Source of the DNA: a virus
Taxonomy: Duplodnaviria; Caudoviricetes
IMG/VR virus record: IMGVR_UViG_3300015214_000001
Location: 1-64,000 of that record
Direction: 5' to 3' (one strand)
Length of the DNA: 64,000 nt
The notes under the pieces were generated by a model, which was not told the origin of the DNA, ran no database searches, and worked only from the letters and a program-made list of their open reading frames with translations. The first letter of the stretch is position 1. Each line of letters opens with the position of its first letter. Below are positions 30,105 to 40,201 of this stretch, one piece after another. The position numbers and the translations under genes are program-made.

Positions 30105-30767
30105 CTATCGAACAGACCATTCAGAGCCGACTTGCAATCTTGATGTAATAGGCGCTAAATCGTTTACAGGGGTAAAAATATAAGCCGATTCACCAACGCC
30201 TAACTTCCATACATCATCATAGATTGTGCCATAGTCGTAGTAATTGTCATCGACTTCAAAGCACAGCATTTTGTTTCTTTTAGAACCAAGCACAACATCA
30301 CAATAAGTACCATCGCCAAACCATAAGCCATATAGACGTAGAGTGTCACCTGTTTCTAATTGCATAAGAAACTCATATAGCGATGATAGATATTCTTCAC
30401 GCAGATCATATTTATGAATTTTAGCGCGTTCTGTGCGCTTCAATGGTAAGTAGGTTTTCGCCTTAAACCTACGCGGGATAAAGTAAGCACCTAAAAGACC
30501 TGGTACTTTTCGATCAATCTTGAGGTAATAGTAATTCAAAATTTCCCTGTGGATTGACGGAAGCAATGGGTTTAAGGCGTTCTGGTAATTTTCCTTAGAC
30601 AGCTCCCACGCACGATGAGTATCTGCGTCATATGGCAATTCCTCATCATGAAAAGTAGCTCCCGCTTCCACCATCGCTTTATAAAATGGATATACGGCGG
30701 GGTGCAAGTCTGGGTTGCCGATCAAAATATATTGTTTGTCGCTCATATGTATCCTTTCTTTGCACAT
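30105..30767 (-). CDS. Hypothetical protein
   Basis: 220 aa ORF (start probably MSDK). Confidence 0.8.
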   Translation of the reverse strand: MCKERIHMSDKQYILIGNPDLHPAVYPFYKAMVEAGATFHDEELPYDADTHRAWELSKENYQNALNPLLPSIHREILNYYYLKIDRKVPGLLGAYFIPRRFKAKTYLPLKRTERAKIHKYDLREEYLSSLYEFLMQLETGDTLRLYGLWFGDGTYCDVVLGSKRNKMLCFEVDDNYYDYGTIYDDVWKLGVGESAYIFTPVNDLAPITSRLQVGSEWSVR

Positions 30768-30782
30768 TTATAGATGGTGTCT

Positions 30783-30810
30783 ATTCTACCCCCCCCATTT
30801 CTATTGTCAA
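30783..30810 (-). promoter_or_regulatory. Poly-G-spacer sigma70 promoter
   Basis: TTGACA-ATAGAAAT-G8-TAGAAT (16 bp). Confidence 0.8.
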
Positions 30811-30814
30811 TAGT

Positions 30815-30838
30815 AAAAACGTGGAGTTCCACGTTTTT
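30815..30838. repeat. 24-bp palindrome, copy 6
   Basis: AAAAACGTGGAGTTCCACGTTTTT, 4 bp from a -35 box, between divergent promoters. Confidence 0.95.
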
Positions 30839-30906
30839 GATAAGCCATCACATTCTTAAAAAATACGCCTGCCATAAAACCTTAACTATATCTTAACTAA
30901 AGTATA

Positions 30907-30933
30907 TTGACAAATAATCGGGGGGGGTAGAAT
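30907..30933 (+). promoter_or_regulatory. Poly-G-spacer sigma70 promoter
   Basis: TTGACA-AATAATC-G8-TAGAAT (15 bp). Confidence 0.8.
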
Positions 30934-30974
30934 GAGGGTAAGTTCAATTTTTAGTAAAAGAAAGAAGAAATATC

Positions 30975-31286
30975 ATGAATAAAGATATGAGCAAGTTATA
31001 TATCTTGAAAGCGCAATTAACCACGATCTTACCAATGGCATTTGATTTTGCTGGTGGTGAATTTCAATTAGATGGATATTTCATCGTCCAGCAAGAGCCA
31101 TTAGAACGCCAGTTCTTTGAGCATGTATATAATGGCATGTGTGCGAGTATTGGTGATGGCTCATCAGAAGGCAATCAATATCTTATCAGTGAAGTGTTTG
31201 AAGCAATCGGCGCTAAGATCATTCCTGATTTTTCCAGTGGATACCCCAGTTACATCGTTCGTCCTAAATCAATTGAAATTACTTAA
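30975..31286 (+). CDS. Hypothetical protein
   Basis: 103 aa ORF. Confidence 0.75.
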   Translation: MNKDMSKLYILKAQLTTILPMAFDFAGGEFQLDGYFIVQQEPLERQFFEHVYNGMCASIGDGSSEGNQYLISEVFEAIGAKIIPDFSSGYPSYIVRPKSIEIT

Positions 31287-31308
31287 CACAACCTTAACAA
31301 AAACCCCA

Positions 31309-31335
31309 TTGACAAATAATCGGGGGGGGTAGAAT
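31309..31335 (+). promoter_or_regulatory. Poly-G-spacer sigma70 promoter
   Basis: TTGACA-AATAATC-G8-TAGAAT (15 bp). Confidence 0.8.
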
Positions 31336-31396
31336 GAGGGTATAAGTTGATGTGGGATGTACCTACATAACATAAAAACAAGAAAGAAGGAATACC

Positions 31397-31804
31397 ATGA
31401 ATAAGATCGTCAGCTTAACCCGTCATCCGTTGAACATTGACCAAATTAACTTGTTGAAACAATTATTTGGTGATGGTGTCGAAGTAGAAACAAAATCAGT
31501 ATTCTTTAGTGATGCTGAACATTTCACATCACTGGTTGAGGGGCAAACAGTGGCGGCAGTTGTGCCTGCTCATCTGCTCATGAAGGCGATGGTTGGCGGT
31601 GTCAACACCCGCATCATTACATGGGTAGCTGATGAAGAAGCACGTAAGCGGAATAATTTCGCGTGTCGTGGATTGTCAGTCTTTGAACTTGAGAACGGCA
31701 TGGTTGTTGCATCTCAAGACCTTGAAACTCAACCAACAGTTGAGAACTCTTTCAAGGATAATCAAGAGTTCCCATACGGTGGCGAGCCAGACACAGACAA
31801 CTAA
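31397..31804 (+). CDS. Hypothetical protein, possibly Csx15/Csx16-like small Rossmann fold
   Basis: IVSLTRHPL..Q..L and TVAAVVPAHL motifs; function tentative. Confidence 0.45.
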   Translation: MNKIVSLTRHPLNIDQINLLKQLFGDGVEVETKSVFFSDAEHFTSLVEGQTVAAVVPAHLLMKAMVGGVNTRIITWVADEEARKRNNFACRGLSVFELENGMVVASQDLETQPTVENSFKDNQEFPYGGEPDTDN

Positions 31805-31882
31805 TTCATAATGCAAATAACCCACATCGGCAAAATTTTGATGTGGGTTATTTGTTAATTTAATCAATAAGGATAATCCAAC

Positions 31883-32419
31883 ATGAAGATCAATACCATT
31901 GTGGTAGGGAAATATGCGGTAAATCTTTCACCAGAGTTTAACCTCGTAGAACAAGTTAATGTGGAATTTTCTACAGATATTCAAGAATGTGATGAACAAC
32001 TTCTGAGCATTTTATCTGACGCTCACGCTAAAGACGCATGTGTCTTATTCCAATACATCCCATCTATATTAGGGATGACGTTAATGCGTCATGCTTACTC
32101 AATTGGCAAAAATGTCGGTAGTTGTTATCCAGAGGCAGAACCACCGACATCAAAAGTGCCAATTGGGGTTCTTGTAACTCCGCACATGCCATTAGAAGTG
32201 AAAGAAGAAATTTACACACCATATTACAGCAATGAAGCTGCACGATTAGTAGATGCAGTCAAGTTTGCTAACCCACGCGCTGATGTGAATTGGTTAGATC
32301 ATGGACACATCAAAGTTCGCGTAGAAGGGCAAAGTATTTTTCATGTTAATGAGATTAAGGTGGAAAATGTTGAGTGGTTTGGACTGCCAAAGCAATTATT
32401 AGCGACTAGAAACGATTAG
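31883..32419 (+). CDS. Hypothetical protein
   Basis: 178 aa ORF with RBS. Confidence 0.8.
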   Translation: MKINTIVVGKYAVNLSPEFNLVEQVNVEFSTDIQECDEQLLSILSDAHAKDACVLFQYIPSILGMTLMRHAYSIGKNVGSCYPEAEPPTSKVPIGVLVTPHMPLEVKEEIYTPYYSNEAARLVDAVKFANPRADVNWLDHGHIKVRVEGQSIFHVNEIKVENVEWFGLPKQLLATRND

Positions 32420-32434
32420 GGAGAAGAAGCAATT

Positions 32435-32665
32435 ATGGAACAAGCACAAGAAAATAAAATGATAGAAACCATTATTCAATACGGCTTCTACGATTGGTAT
32501 AGCACTGGGTTTTTATCGCCACTATGGGAAGATTTCCGTAAACTCAATAAAGATGGAACGCATAAAGATGAGGGTTTTTTGCGGGAGATCGCGCAATATA
32601 TTAAATCACACTCAGCCAAATTTCCTGAGCTAAACGATGCGCTTAGCAAACTCCCGAATTTATAA
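32435..32665 (+). CDS. Hypothetical protein
   Basis: 76 aa ORF. Confidence 0.7.
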   Translation: MEQAQENKMIETIIQYGFYDWYSTGFLSPLWEDFRKLNKDGTHKDEGFLREIAQYIKSHSAKFPELNDALSKLPNL

Positions 32666-32677
32666 GGCAAAAAAATA

Positions 32678-33286
32678 ATGAAAGTATTTACCATTAAAGA
32701 CAACTCAGTGACAGATGGAGCGCAAGTGTCATCTGTCACTATCAAAGGCGCTGGTGTTACTGTTCCAGCGATTATCATTGGTGAAGAAGGGCGAGGTCGT
32801 AGCCAAGGCGTACTGCCAGTGGCTTATGCTAGTAAGCAAGAACAAGCAGAAGAAAACAAAAGACTGCTTTTTGCCAATGTGGGTCAATCACGTAGTGGGA
32901 AGCCAAAGTTGTTTGAATTACAACATGCTGATAGCCATGAGCAGTGCATCGTGGTATTTAGAACAACAATCGGATTTCGTGGCGGGAATAGCCATACTGG
33001 TGATGTCGCAAAAATTGAAGAATATGAACAGTATGGTGAAACTAAGAAAAGATACACATTTGCTGCGTTTCCTGGTAGCATCATTGTCAGAGGTGAGATC
33101 GCTCAAGGTGGCGCGGGACGAATGGGAAGCGGTTCTCAATTTGTTGCAATTATGCCAAAAGGTATTTGGTTTCGCGTAGCACGCAGTGGGCGGCTCTATG
33201 GCGCACACCCATCCCACTATTTTATGTTTGATGGTGAAAAGATCATCGGCGGTCTCACTTGGGACGAACGCTCACTGTTGGACTAA
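32678..33286 (+). CDS. Hypothetical Gly-rich protein
   Basis: 202 aa; GEEGRGR, GFRGG, GxIAQGxAGRMGSG motifs. Confidence 0.8.
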   Translation: MKVFTIKDNSVTDGAQVSSVTIKGAGVTVPAIIIGEEGRGRSQGVLPVAYASKQEQAEENKRLLFANVGQSRSGKPKLFELQHADSHEQCIVVFRTTIGFRGGNSHTGDVAKIEEYEQYGETKKRYTFAAFPGSIIVRGEIAQGGAGRMGSGSQFVAIMPKGIWFRVARSGRLYGAHPSHYFMFDGEKIIGGLTWDERSLLD

Positions 33287-33409
33287 ATACTAAGATCAAA
33301 TTTCATATTAAATCGACGCGATAGAAAGACATCTATCGCGTTTTTTTGTTCTATTCAGTAGATAAAAATCAACTCCCATCACATTGACAATTCCTTAACA
33401 AAACCGCCC

Positions 33410-33437
33410 TTGACAAATATTCGGGGGGGGGTAGAAT
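33410..33437 (+). promoter_or_regulatory. Poly-G-spacer sigma70 promoter
   Basis: TTGACA-AATATTC-G9-TAGAAT (16 bp). Confidence 0.8.
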
Positions 33438-33491
33438 GACCGTGTTGTTTAAAAGTAGGAATAAACCTGCAAAATAATTAAAGGAGCTTAA

Positions 33492-33743
33492 TTGATGGGA
33501 ACTTACTATAATCCACCCGATGATTTACCAAAGCTAGAGGGAGTCCGCAAGATTGAGGGTGATGGCTATGAATCATTAGTCACTCAACTTGGTGAGGATG
33601 AGTTGTTGTTTGGACTATATGATCGTGTGTTCTTTAAGAACGCGGTTCACTTATATTCAGAAGGTGAATACAATGAGTTTGAGCGACAAGGGTTAGTTCG
33701 ACTAGGCTTTTATGCCGTCCCTTCTAAACACATCGCGCGTTAA
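33492..33743 (+). CDS. Hypothetical protein
   Basis: 83 aa ORF, AAGGAG RBS. Confidence 0.8.
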   Translation: MMGTYYNPPDDLPKLEGVRKIEGDGYESLVTQLGEDELLFGLYDRVFFKNAVHLYSEGEYNEFERQGLVRLGFYAVPSKHIAR

Positions 33744-33749
33744 CTCTCT

Positions 33750-33789
33750 AATCAAAAAGAGGCTTTTAATTAGAAGCCTCTTTTTGATT
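33750..33789. terminator. Bidirectional intrinsic terminator
   Basis: AATCAAAAAGAGGCTT..AAGCCTCTTTTTGATT between convergent genes. Confidence 0.8.
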
Positions 33790-33866
33790 CGTGTGTATTG
33801 GATATTATAATCTAATCAAATTAGATGTCGCCATCGTACAGATTATGAATGACAACGCAATGTGCG

Positions 33867-34257
33867 CTAAAACTTTTTACCATCTGGCTTCTTGCGGTTT
33901 TCCATGTTGTGATCGGCACGCTGTTTGTTATATGCTAGTTTTTCATCCAATGCGCCGCCAATATCTAGTTTCATATATCCAGCAAGATCAAGAATTCTAA
34001 TGATGGCATCGGCTAATTCCACCTCAATCATTAGACGGTTCTTTAGATGGTCATCCATTAATCCTTTACGATAGCCTTCGGTAGCCTCAGCAATTTCTGT
34101 GACTATCAGCATCATCTTCTCTACGACATTGACAATGGAGGGTTCTCCTGTAGTTAGATCAGTGTACCAACCACGCTCAACATTGGCTTCATGTATCTCC
34201 GTTGCTAACGCATTAAGGGTGGCGGGGGGGGGTAATACCAGCGTCTTTTATCTGCAT
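33867..34257 (-). CDS. MazG-like all-alpha NTP pyrophosphohydrolase, frameshifted at C9 tract
   Basis: EIAEATEG and EVELADAIIRILDLAG motifs; C8 at 34224-34232 would join the ATG at 34257 (AGGAG RBS) to give 129 aa. Confidence 0.8.
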
Positions 34258-34270
34258 TATTATTCTCCTA

Positions 34271-35104
34271 TTAGCTGTTTTTGTTTAGATCGGGATTAGG
34301 CATAACCTGTTTCAGTTGAGCGCCTAATAGTAGTAAGTGATTACTGATTTCGTAGCGATTCACCACTTGATGGTTTTCTTTTCCATCAATGCTAGTATAA
34401 ACCATGTTGAAATGGGAACGATATTTTAATGTAACAGATGATATATAACTAGTGACTGCAATATCAAATAATAATCCATTACTATCAACACAAGAGAAAA
34501 TAGCTTGCATTTTTTCCTTATGGTTAACAAGCATATTTAACCCTTGTTCGATGTTGTCGAAACATAGCATTGAGCTTATATCATAATCAGTTTCAAAGCG
34601 TTGAATTGTATCCAAATATAATTTATTTAATGTCTCAAGATCGTTGATATATTTGTCTTTGCATGTCTGAGCGATAACATTGGCAAAGCTAGTTCTTCCT
34701 GAATGATGCAGAAAACTAGCATATTGCTCAAATACGTTAGAGGTGTAATCAACGATGTTTGGGTTAAGGCTGATCTGATCTTGAATTACCTGTTTAATTT
34801 TATCATGACCAGAAAAAGCATTGCATGTGGGGTTAGATTTTAATTGGAGGTGTCGATATGAACCACTGACGATAGAAATATAACGCCCCATTAATCGTAG
34901 TATTTGCGCTGATGTTAACCGTCTGTATTGTGACCAATTACTTAATTCATCAAACGCCCTACTTGCAACATACTCAACAAATCCGTCATTGTCAGATAAG
35001 CCATTCTCTTGGATGTATTGCTCAACAAGTTTTACTGAGTTATCTAGGACAATATCTGATAAGGCTAAAAATTCCATATGGTTAACTGGGATTTTAACTA
35101 TCAT
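34271..35104 (-). CDS. Hypothetical protein (possible distant family C member)
   Basis: 277 aa ORF. Confidence 0.75.
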   Translation of the reverse strand: MIVKIPVNHMEFLALSDIVLDNSVKLVEQYIQENGLSDNDGFVEYVASRAFDELSNWSQYRRLTSAQILRLMGRYISIVSGSYRHLQLKSNPTCNAFSGHDKIKQVIQDQISLNPNIVDYTSNVFEQYASFLHHSGRTSFANVIAQTCKDKYINDLETLNKLYLDTIQRFETDYDISSMLCFDNIEQGLNMLVNHKEKMQAIFSCVDSNGLLFDIAVTSYISSVTLKYRSHFNMVYTSIDGKENHQVVNRYEISNHLLLLGAQLKQVMPNPDLNKNS

Positions 35105-35119
35105 TCTGATTAACTTTCT

Positions 35120-35638
35120 CTATGAAATGTCTTGAGGCGAAAATAATGCAAGGGCTTTATTCCACTCATCAGGGTTATCTGCATTATCGTCAGTGTCATA
35201 TAAGATAGAAATGTCAAAAAGAATGTCATGTGAGGCGATATTCTCATCTCTACTTAACGCAACTATTAGACGTGGGGTATCCGAGTTATTCGTTGCATAT
35301 ATCTCAATAGCAACTATCGGCAACGGGCAATTATACTCTATTGGCCCACGAAAGAATGGCGCTACGTCAATTAAACCCTTTTGTCCAGAAGGTAACGCCG
35401 ACTTATCCACAATAGCCTGTATAGTCGCAAGAATGTGGTTACGTCTATGTGTTAATGGAACAGTCGCTGATTCTGGGACAGCTCCACGATGCTCATATTC
35501 TGTCAACGCTGGCTGTCTAGCGATCAGCAGGACTAATTCGCTAGTGACCTTATTTAATGTCTTATGTGATCGACAAAAACCATCAATGATAGTTGCCGCA
35601 TCCTCATCAGCAAATCGGCTTTTAATCACGCACTCCAT
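35120..35638 (-). CDS. Hypothetical protein
   Basis: 172 aa ORF. Confidence 0.75.
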   Translation of the reverse strand: MECVIKSRFADEDAATIIDGFCRSHKTLNKVTSELVLLIARQPALTEYEHRGAVPESATVPLTHRRNHILATIQAIVDKSALPSGQKGLIDVAPFFRGPIEYNCPLPIVAIEIYATNNSDTPRLIVALSRDENIASHDILFDISILYDTDDNADNPDEWNKALALFSPQDIS

Positions 35639-35711
35639 ATTAAACCTTTCAATCTATAATTAGATTTATTTATTAAGGTCAGTACGTATTAATAAACTAA
35701 CCTTAAATTAT

Positions 35712-35735
35712 AAAAACGTGGAAGTCCACGTTTTT
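35712..35735. repeat. 24-bp palindrome, copy 7
   Basis: AAAAACGTGGAAGTCCACGTTTTT. Confidence 0.95.
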
Positions 35736-35741
35736 AATTCG

Positions 35742-36116
35742 TTATCTCCACTGGTCATAGTCATAGCATTGGAATTTAGATGGTTGCGGGGACTTACACA
35801 ACACAGACCAAGCCTGATTTGAGATTACATCCATAACAATGTAAATGAAGTAATCTGGCTTATCAAATCCCCCTGATTGCCAAATGCGATCCATTACCAC
35901 AAATTCACCTTCTGCTCCTGCTACATATGTTTGAATAAACTGAATTGCTACTTCGTCTTTTTGTTCCTGCCCTAAAGCCGAGAAGATATTGGACACGAAT
36001 ACAAAAAGGATGAAAGTAACAAAAAGAAATATCGCAATGGTAAGAAAACGCTCAAACGACTTTCCATCACCTGCACCACTTAACGAGGTATTACTAAACC
36101 TTTGCTCTGCCATCAT
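35742..36116 (-). CDS. Membrane-anchored hypothetical protein
   Basis: Hydrophobic helix FLTIAIFLFVTFILFVFV; weak similarity to 38603-39028. Confidence 0.75.
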   Translation of the reverse strand: MMAEQRFSNTSLSGAGDGKSFERFLTIAIFLFVTFILFVFVSNIFSALGQEQKDEVAIQFIQTYVAGAEGEFVVMDRIWQSGGFDKPDYFIYIVMDVISNQAWSVLCKSPQPSKFQCYDYDQWR

Positions 36117-36152
36117 GAGCCTCTCTTATTGATATTAAAAATGCTATTGTCT

Positions 36153-36181
36153 ATTTTACCCCCCCCCGAATAACTTGTCAA
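36153..36181 (-). promoter_or_regulatory. Poly-G-spacer sigma70 promoter
   Basis: TTGACA-AGTTATTC-G9-TAAAAT (17 bp). Confidence 0.8.
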
Positions 36182-36214
36182 TATATAACAAGTTATTAAT
36201 CTACAGCATAACCA

Positions 36215-37123
36215 TTAAAGCATGTACTGACGAATAAACTTTGTAGTAGTATCACGAACTTTATCTAAAGTAGGTTGTCCGTTAACCGCTATATCGCCTT
36301 CATGAACAGACAATAAAGACGATATAGTCATCATATCTTTATTAGCATCGGCAACATAACCAACAAATACATAGCTAGGCGAACCATTACTATGATGACA
36401 TTTTATTACACTTAATCCACCCCATATTTTGATGGGCATTTCTTCATGGCGATGTTCGCGGTAAACTATCGGCATGATATACTCATGGTAAAGGATTGTC
36501 GCATTATATTTGTCTTGCATCGCTATGCTTAACAAGTCCTGCGGAGACATTTTAGGGTTGCTCTCAACATGATAACCTACTGGTGGGGCAAATTGCATTG
36601 TTTCATCAGGTATGCCTTGTGATGTTACGATGCAGTGATTAACCTTAGAGATATAGCGCTTATCACGACTATTAAAGTTACCCCGCATTATGTTGTCGCA
36701 TGTCATCGGCCGTGCTATGTGAATATCAAAATTTGGGTTGACCTTAACTTGCGTGCAATTTGGTTCATTATCTAGCAGGATGGCACCTAAAATACTTAAC
36801 AGCGATTCGCAATCACGTAAAGTAATAGCATGAGGAGAGTTAGGTATTATTGATACAACGGCAGTCAATTCAGGTATCACTCTAGTCAGAATAGCTTTAC
36901 TTTCAACATATAACTGACCATGAAATGCCAAATAAGCTGCACTCAGGTTACACAATGTATTTGTTAAACCGTGATTTTCGGCTAATTCAATAGCTTCTAA
37001 CTCTAATTCATAAGCCAAGCGCATTAATGACCAAAAATGAATACCATCTTTTGCTCTAAACGCCATAAAAGAAGCATTCATCGCTTTTGATCTTACTTCT
37101 GCAATATCTGAATGAACTACCAC
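36215..37123 (-). CDS. Hypothetical protein
   Basis: 302 aa ORF. Confidence 0.8.
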   Translation of the reverse strand: MVVHSDIAEVRSKAMNASFMAFRAKDGIHFWSLMRLAYELELEAIELAENHGLTNTLCNLSAAYLAFHGQLYVESKAILTRVIPELTAVVSIIPNSPHAITLRDCESLLSILGAILLDNEPNCTQVKVNPNFDIHIARPMTCDNIMRGNFNSRDKRYISKVNHCIVTSQGIPDETMQFAPPVGYHVESNPKMSPQDLLSIAMQDKYNATILYHEYIMPIVYREHRHEEMPIKIWGGLSVIKCHHSNGSPSYVFVGYVADANKDMMTISSLLSVHEGDIAVNGQPTLDKVRDTTTKFIRQYML

Positions 37124-37518
37124 TTCTTATTACGCCTTCTGGGATCAGACCACCTATAGTATTTCTCGGGCCACCAAGCATTAAGATTATCATCTTGGTG
37201 ATTTTCTGATTCCTTCACTTTAGATAACCATTTATCATAATCTTTAATACCATCGCAATTCAATCCTAGCAATTGATATGATTCCAATAACCATGCGTGA
37301 TATTCCCGCGAATAGCGGTCTGTGGGGATTGGTGTATTTGCGTGGTCTATCCAAGCTAAATGTTGTTTCCTTCGGCTTGGTGGTAAAAATAGAGCTAGTA
37401 CCTCGTTAAGACTTCGCACGCCAATTGAATATGATCGCAAATTATTGACAAAAAGGCGTAACCCCACTCTTGCTTCAAAAACAATAGCTCTTATATGATT
37501 TAATGCTGATTTTAACAT
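37117..37518 (-). CDS. Hypothetical protein
   Basis: 133 aa ORF. Confidence 0.75.
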   Translation of the reverse strand: MLKSALNHIRAIVFEARVGLRLFVNNLRSYSIGVRSLNEVLALFLPPSRRKQHLAWIDHANTPIPTDRYSREYHAWLLESYQLLGLNCDGIKDYDKWLSKVKESENHQDDNLNAWWPEKYYRWSDPRRRNKKW

Positions 37519-37526
37519 ATATCCTC

Positions 37527-38593
37527 CTAATCCACATTCATGGCAAAGTATAAGGATTTCAGCGAATCCTCATCAACTTCTTTATCCTCTGATACTTCTT
37601 CGCCTTCCCAAAACAAAGTATTTCGATATTCATTTAATGCAGACAAAGTAGAGCCTATATCTCTAAACTGTTCATGCTTAGTTTCATTCATGCAAATTGC
37701 GACTCGCATCATCTTAAATAGCTCGTAATTAGGCACTAAATACCCCTTTGCTTGGTATTTCAACAAACGTTTCATACCACCAATTGGGCAATGAACAATC
37801 CGAACGTTAGCTACCTTTTGAGCAAAATCAGGGAAGAACCCATCATCAACTACTGCATTATCTAAGTCGATTAGCGCTGCGCGACAAACTGTTAGGTCAA
37901 ATGAATTAATGATTTCTTCTGGTGGGCCATATGTCTGACCATTCGCTAATTGACGCGGAACAATAAGTTGTAATACTGGCGCATCTTGACTGCTTTCAGG
38001 TGTTGGGTAAAATGTTTTGACGATTTCATTGTTAAGCGAGGCGCTATCTATCACATACTCAACTTCTCCCCCCCCAAGTTAAATGCAGAAGATAATATCG
38101 CATCATAAATACCATCAAATTGTTCCGCATCACGACAGAATATATCAATATCCTTCCGTTTGGGGTTATCTGCAATGATGTGACGTGTCCCGCTTGAATA
38201 AGTGTCAGGTGCAATCATCCAAGCGACAAACCCTCCCGCGAAAATTGCACCCAGTGGGGTTAATCGTTGATAAATAGATGAAAGAAATTCTTTACCCCGA
38301 ATAACAGGTGTGATTTCAAAGCTAAAAATACCCGACAGATCATCATCTGATGTCCGATCAGTAAATGAATGAAACTTGTTTTGGTATCCCGAGTAATATG
38401 GCACAACAACATCGGATTGTGAGTGCTTAAACATTTTTTCAACCGCTTTACCATCATCATCATACATCCTGATCGTAAAACTCTTATCATCAATCGCAAC
38501 AATCACGCACTTGCGATTATCATCATGTGCTTTTACTACTTGCCCTAAGAAAATACTACCTACTCGTTTTTCTGAGCGATAAATATCAGTCAT
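37527..38593 (-). CDS. Phage nucleotidyltransferase-like protein, frameshifted at G8 tract
   Basis: AGGF...KDIDIF in the 5' ORF and LQLI...SFDLTVC...RLLKYQAKGY in the 3' ORF; G9 at 38068-38075 fuses them (355 aa). Confidence 0.7.
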
Positions 38594-38602
38594 TATAATC
38601 CC

Positions 38603-39028
38603 CTATCGTGTTGTATCTGGTTCATTAAAGAAAATCGGCACTGCTGAAAAACAACTTCTTGGATAGCATAGTGTTTGATAAAGGCCAGTAGATTCACCTT
38701 TACTATTGAATAGCTCAATATGGTACGTATAAGTTGTGATGAATCTCCTATATATGTATTCTTTAGACAGCGAACTACTCAATACCACACCTTGAGCATT
38801 GCTATCACCATAAAAAGATAGTGTATAGTGAATAGCCATTTCCTTATTATGTTCTGATATGCTGCTTGTGTCACCCCTTAAGATAATCACTATAAAAGCC
38901 AGTGACATCATTAGCGCCAAAAAGGTAGCTACAGCAGCTATTATAGTTATAAAACCATCAAGAAAGTTTTTCATTGCTTGCCTTCCATATTCATTCGTGA
39001 CATATGCCTTTATAAGAGTGTTTATCAT
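38603..39028 (-). CDS. Membrane-anchored hypothetical protein
   Basis: Hydrophobic helix. Confidence 0.75.
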   Translation of the reverse strand: MINTLIKAYVTNEYGRQAMKNFLDGFITIIAAVATFLALMMSLAFIVIILRGDTSSISEHNKEMAIHYTLSFYGDSNAQGVVLSSSLSKEYIYRRFITTYTYHIELFNSKGESTGLYQTLCYPRSCFSAVPIFFNEPDTTR

Positions 39029-39144
39029 AACAAAATACTACTGCATATGCAAGATAACCCCCTAATAAGCAAGGGCCATGAAATAAAAAAGCAACGGTAA
39101 TATTATCTTGCCGTTGCTTTCTATCTATATTGAGATTTGATCCC

Positions 39145-39534
39145 CTAGAATGGTATGTCATTCAAATCAGGTGGTGGGCCATCATTATTATCATCATTGT
39201 TGCCCATGTCCGCTAGATCATCACGCTTGCCTAGCAGGATTAACTTTTCTGCATTCACTTCCAGATTGATCGCAGCTTCACCTGCATTGTTAATATAAGC
39301 AGAGGCAAACAACGATCCGCTTACTAAGATTTGCCGACCCTTCTTGACGTAGCTCAAGGCTGTATCGGCGGTTCTTCCCCAACAAGTGATGCGATACCAC
39401 TGCGTCTCCTGTTGCTTGTTCCGATAGACTGAAACAGCCATGCTGAAAGTAACAGTTTTATGTGATCCTTCACCTACTATCCTTTGTTCTGGATCACGAC
39501 CAACATTGCCTACGATGGTAACACTAGAGTACAT
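39145..39534 (-). CDS. ssb: Single-stranded DNA-binding protein
   Basis: IVGNVGRDPE, TQWYRITCWG, KKGRQILVSG, acidic tail ending DIPF. Confidence 0.95.
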   Translation of the reverse strand: MYSSVTIVGNVGRDPEQRIVGEGSHKTVTFSMAVSVYRNKQQETQWYRITCWGRTADTALSYVKKGRQILVSGSLFASAYINNAGEAAINLEVNAEKLILLGKRDDLADMGNNDDNNDGPPPDLNDIPF

Positions 39535-39587
39535 ATTTATTCCTCTTTCTATGGTTCAAGGTAATCATTGTACTATTGATAAAGCAC

Positions 39588-40187
39588 TTATTCAATAGCG
39601 AACAAGTGCTTCTCTTTTTCAGTATTTTTGCGCCAATCGTGTAACACTCTCAGGCCAGTAAGAAGGTTTAGCTCACTACTGCCATCAGCCCCACTTATAG
39701 ACTTAGGCGCGTGAGAAGAAGTAATCTTAATTGGAACTTCAACTATTAGTGGTTTATGCCGACCTTTTTTAAAAATAGCTCGTTCCCCTCCAGCATCAAT
39801 TAAATGGCTGACATAACCACCAAAATAATCATCTAAGTAACGAGCGCCGAATATCCGTTGCCTATTCTCTTCCCAGTCATCCGCTTCTACAAAATGCGTA
39901 TAATGACATAAGACTGGGTTATCAATAAAATCTAAAAGCGGACTAGTATAAGGGGAACTAATTCTACACTGGAAAGACCAGTCACTTCCGACTGCAACTT
40001 TATTGCAAAATTCGCAAATGTCACTGTCATTAGATAATATCTCATTTCCATTGTTCATATATATATGAACTGACAAACCACCGTGTCTGACACTAATTTC
40101 GTCAATAAGATCAGAGTAGTTTGTTTCTAAGTCTGCTATATCGCCCTGCAAAGCGTTTAATATATGTTGTCCTAATCCCTTAATCAT
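39588..40187 (-). CDS. Hypothetical protein
   Basis: 199 aa ORF. Confidence 0.75.
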   Translation of the reverse strand: MIKGLGQHILNALQGDIADLETNYSDLIDEISVRHGGLSVHIYMNNGNEILSNDSDICEFCNKVAVGSDWSFQCRISSPYTSPLLDFIDNPVLCHYTHFVEADDWEENRQRIFGARYLDDYFGGYVSHLIDAGGERAIFKKGRHKPLIVEVPIKITSSHAPKSISGADGSSELNLLTGLRVLHDWRKNTEKEKHLFAIE

Positions 40188-40201
40188 TAAATATCATCTT
40201 T

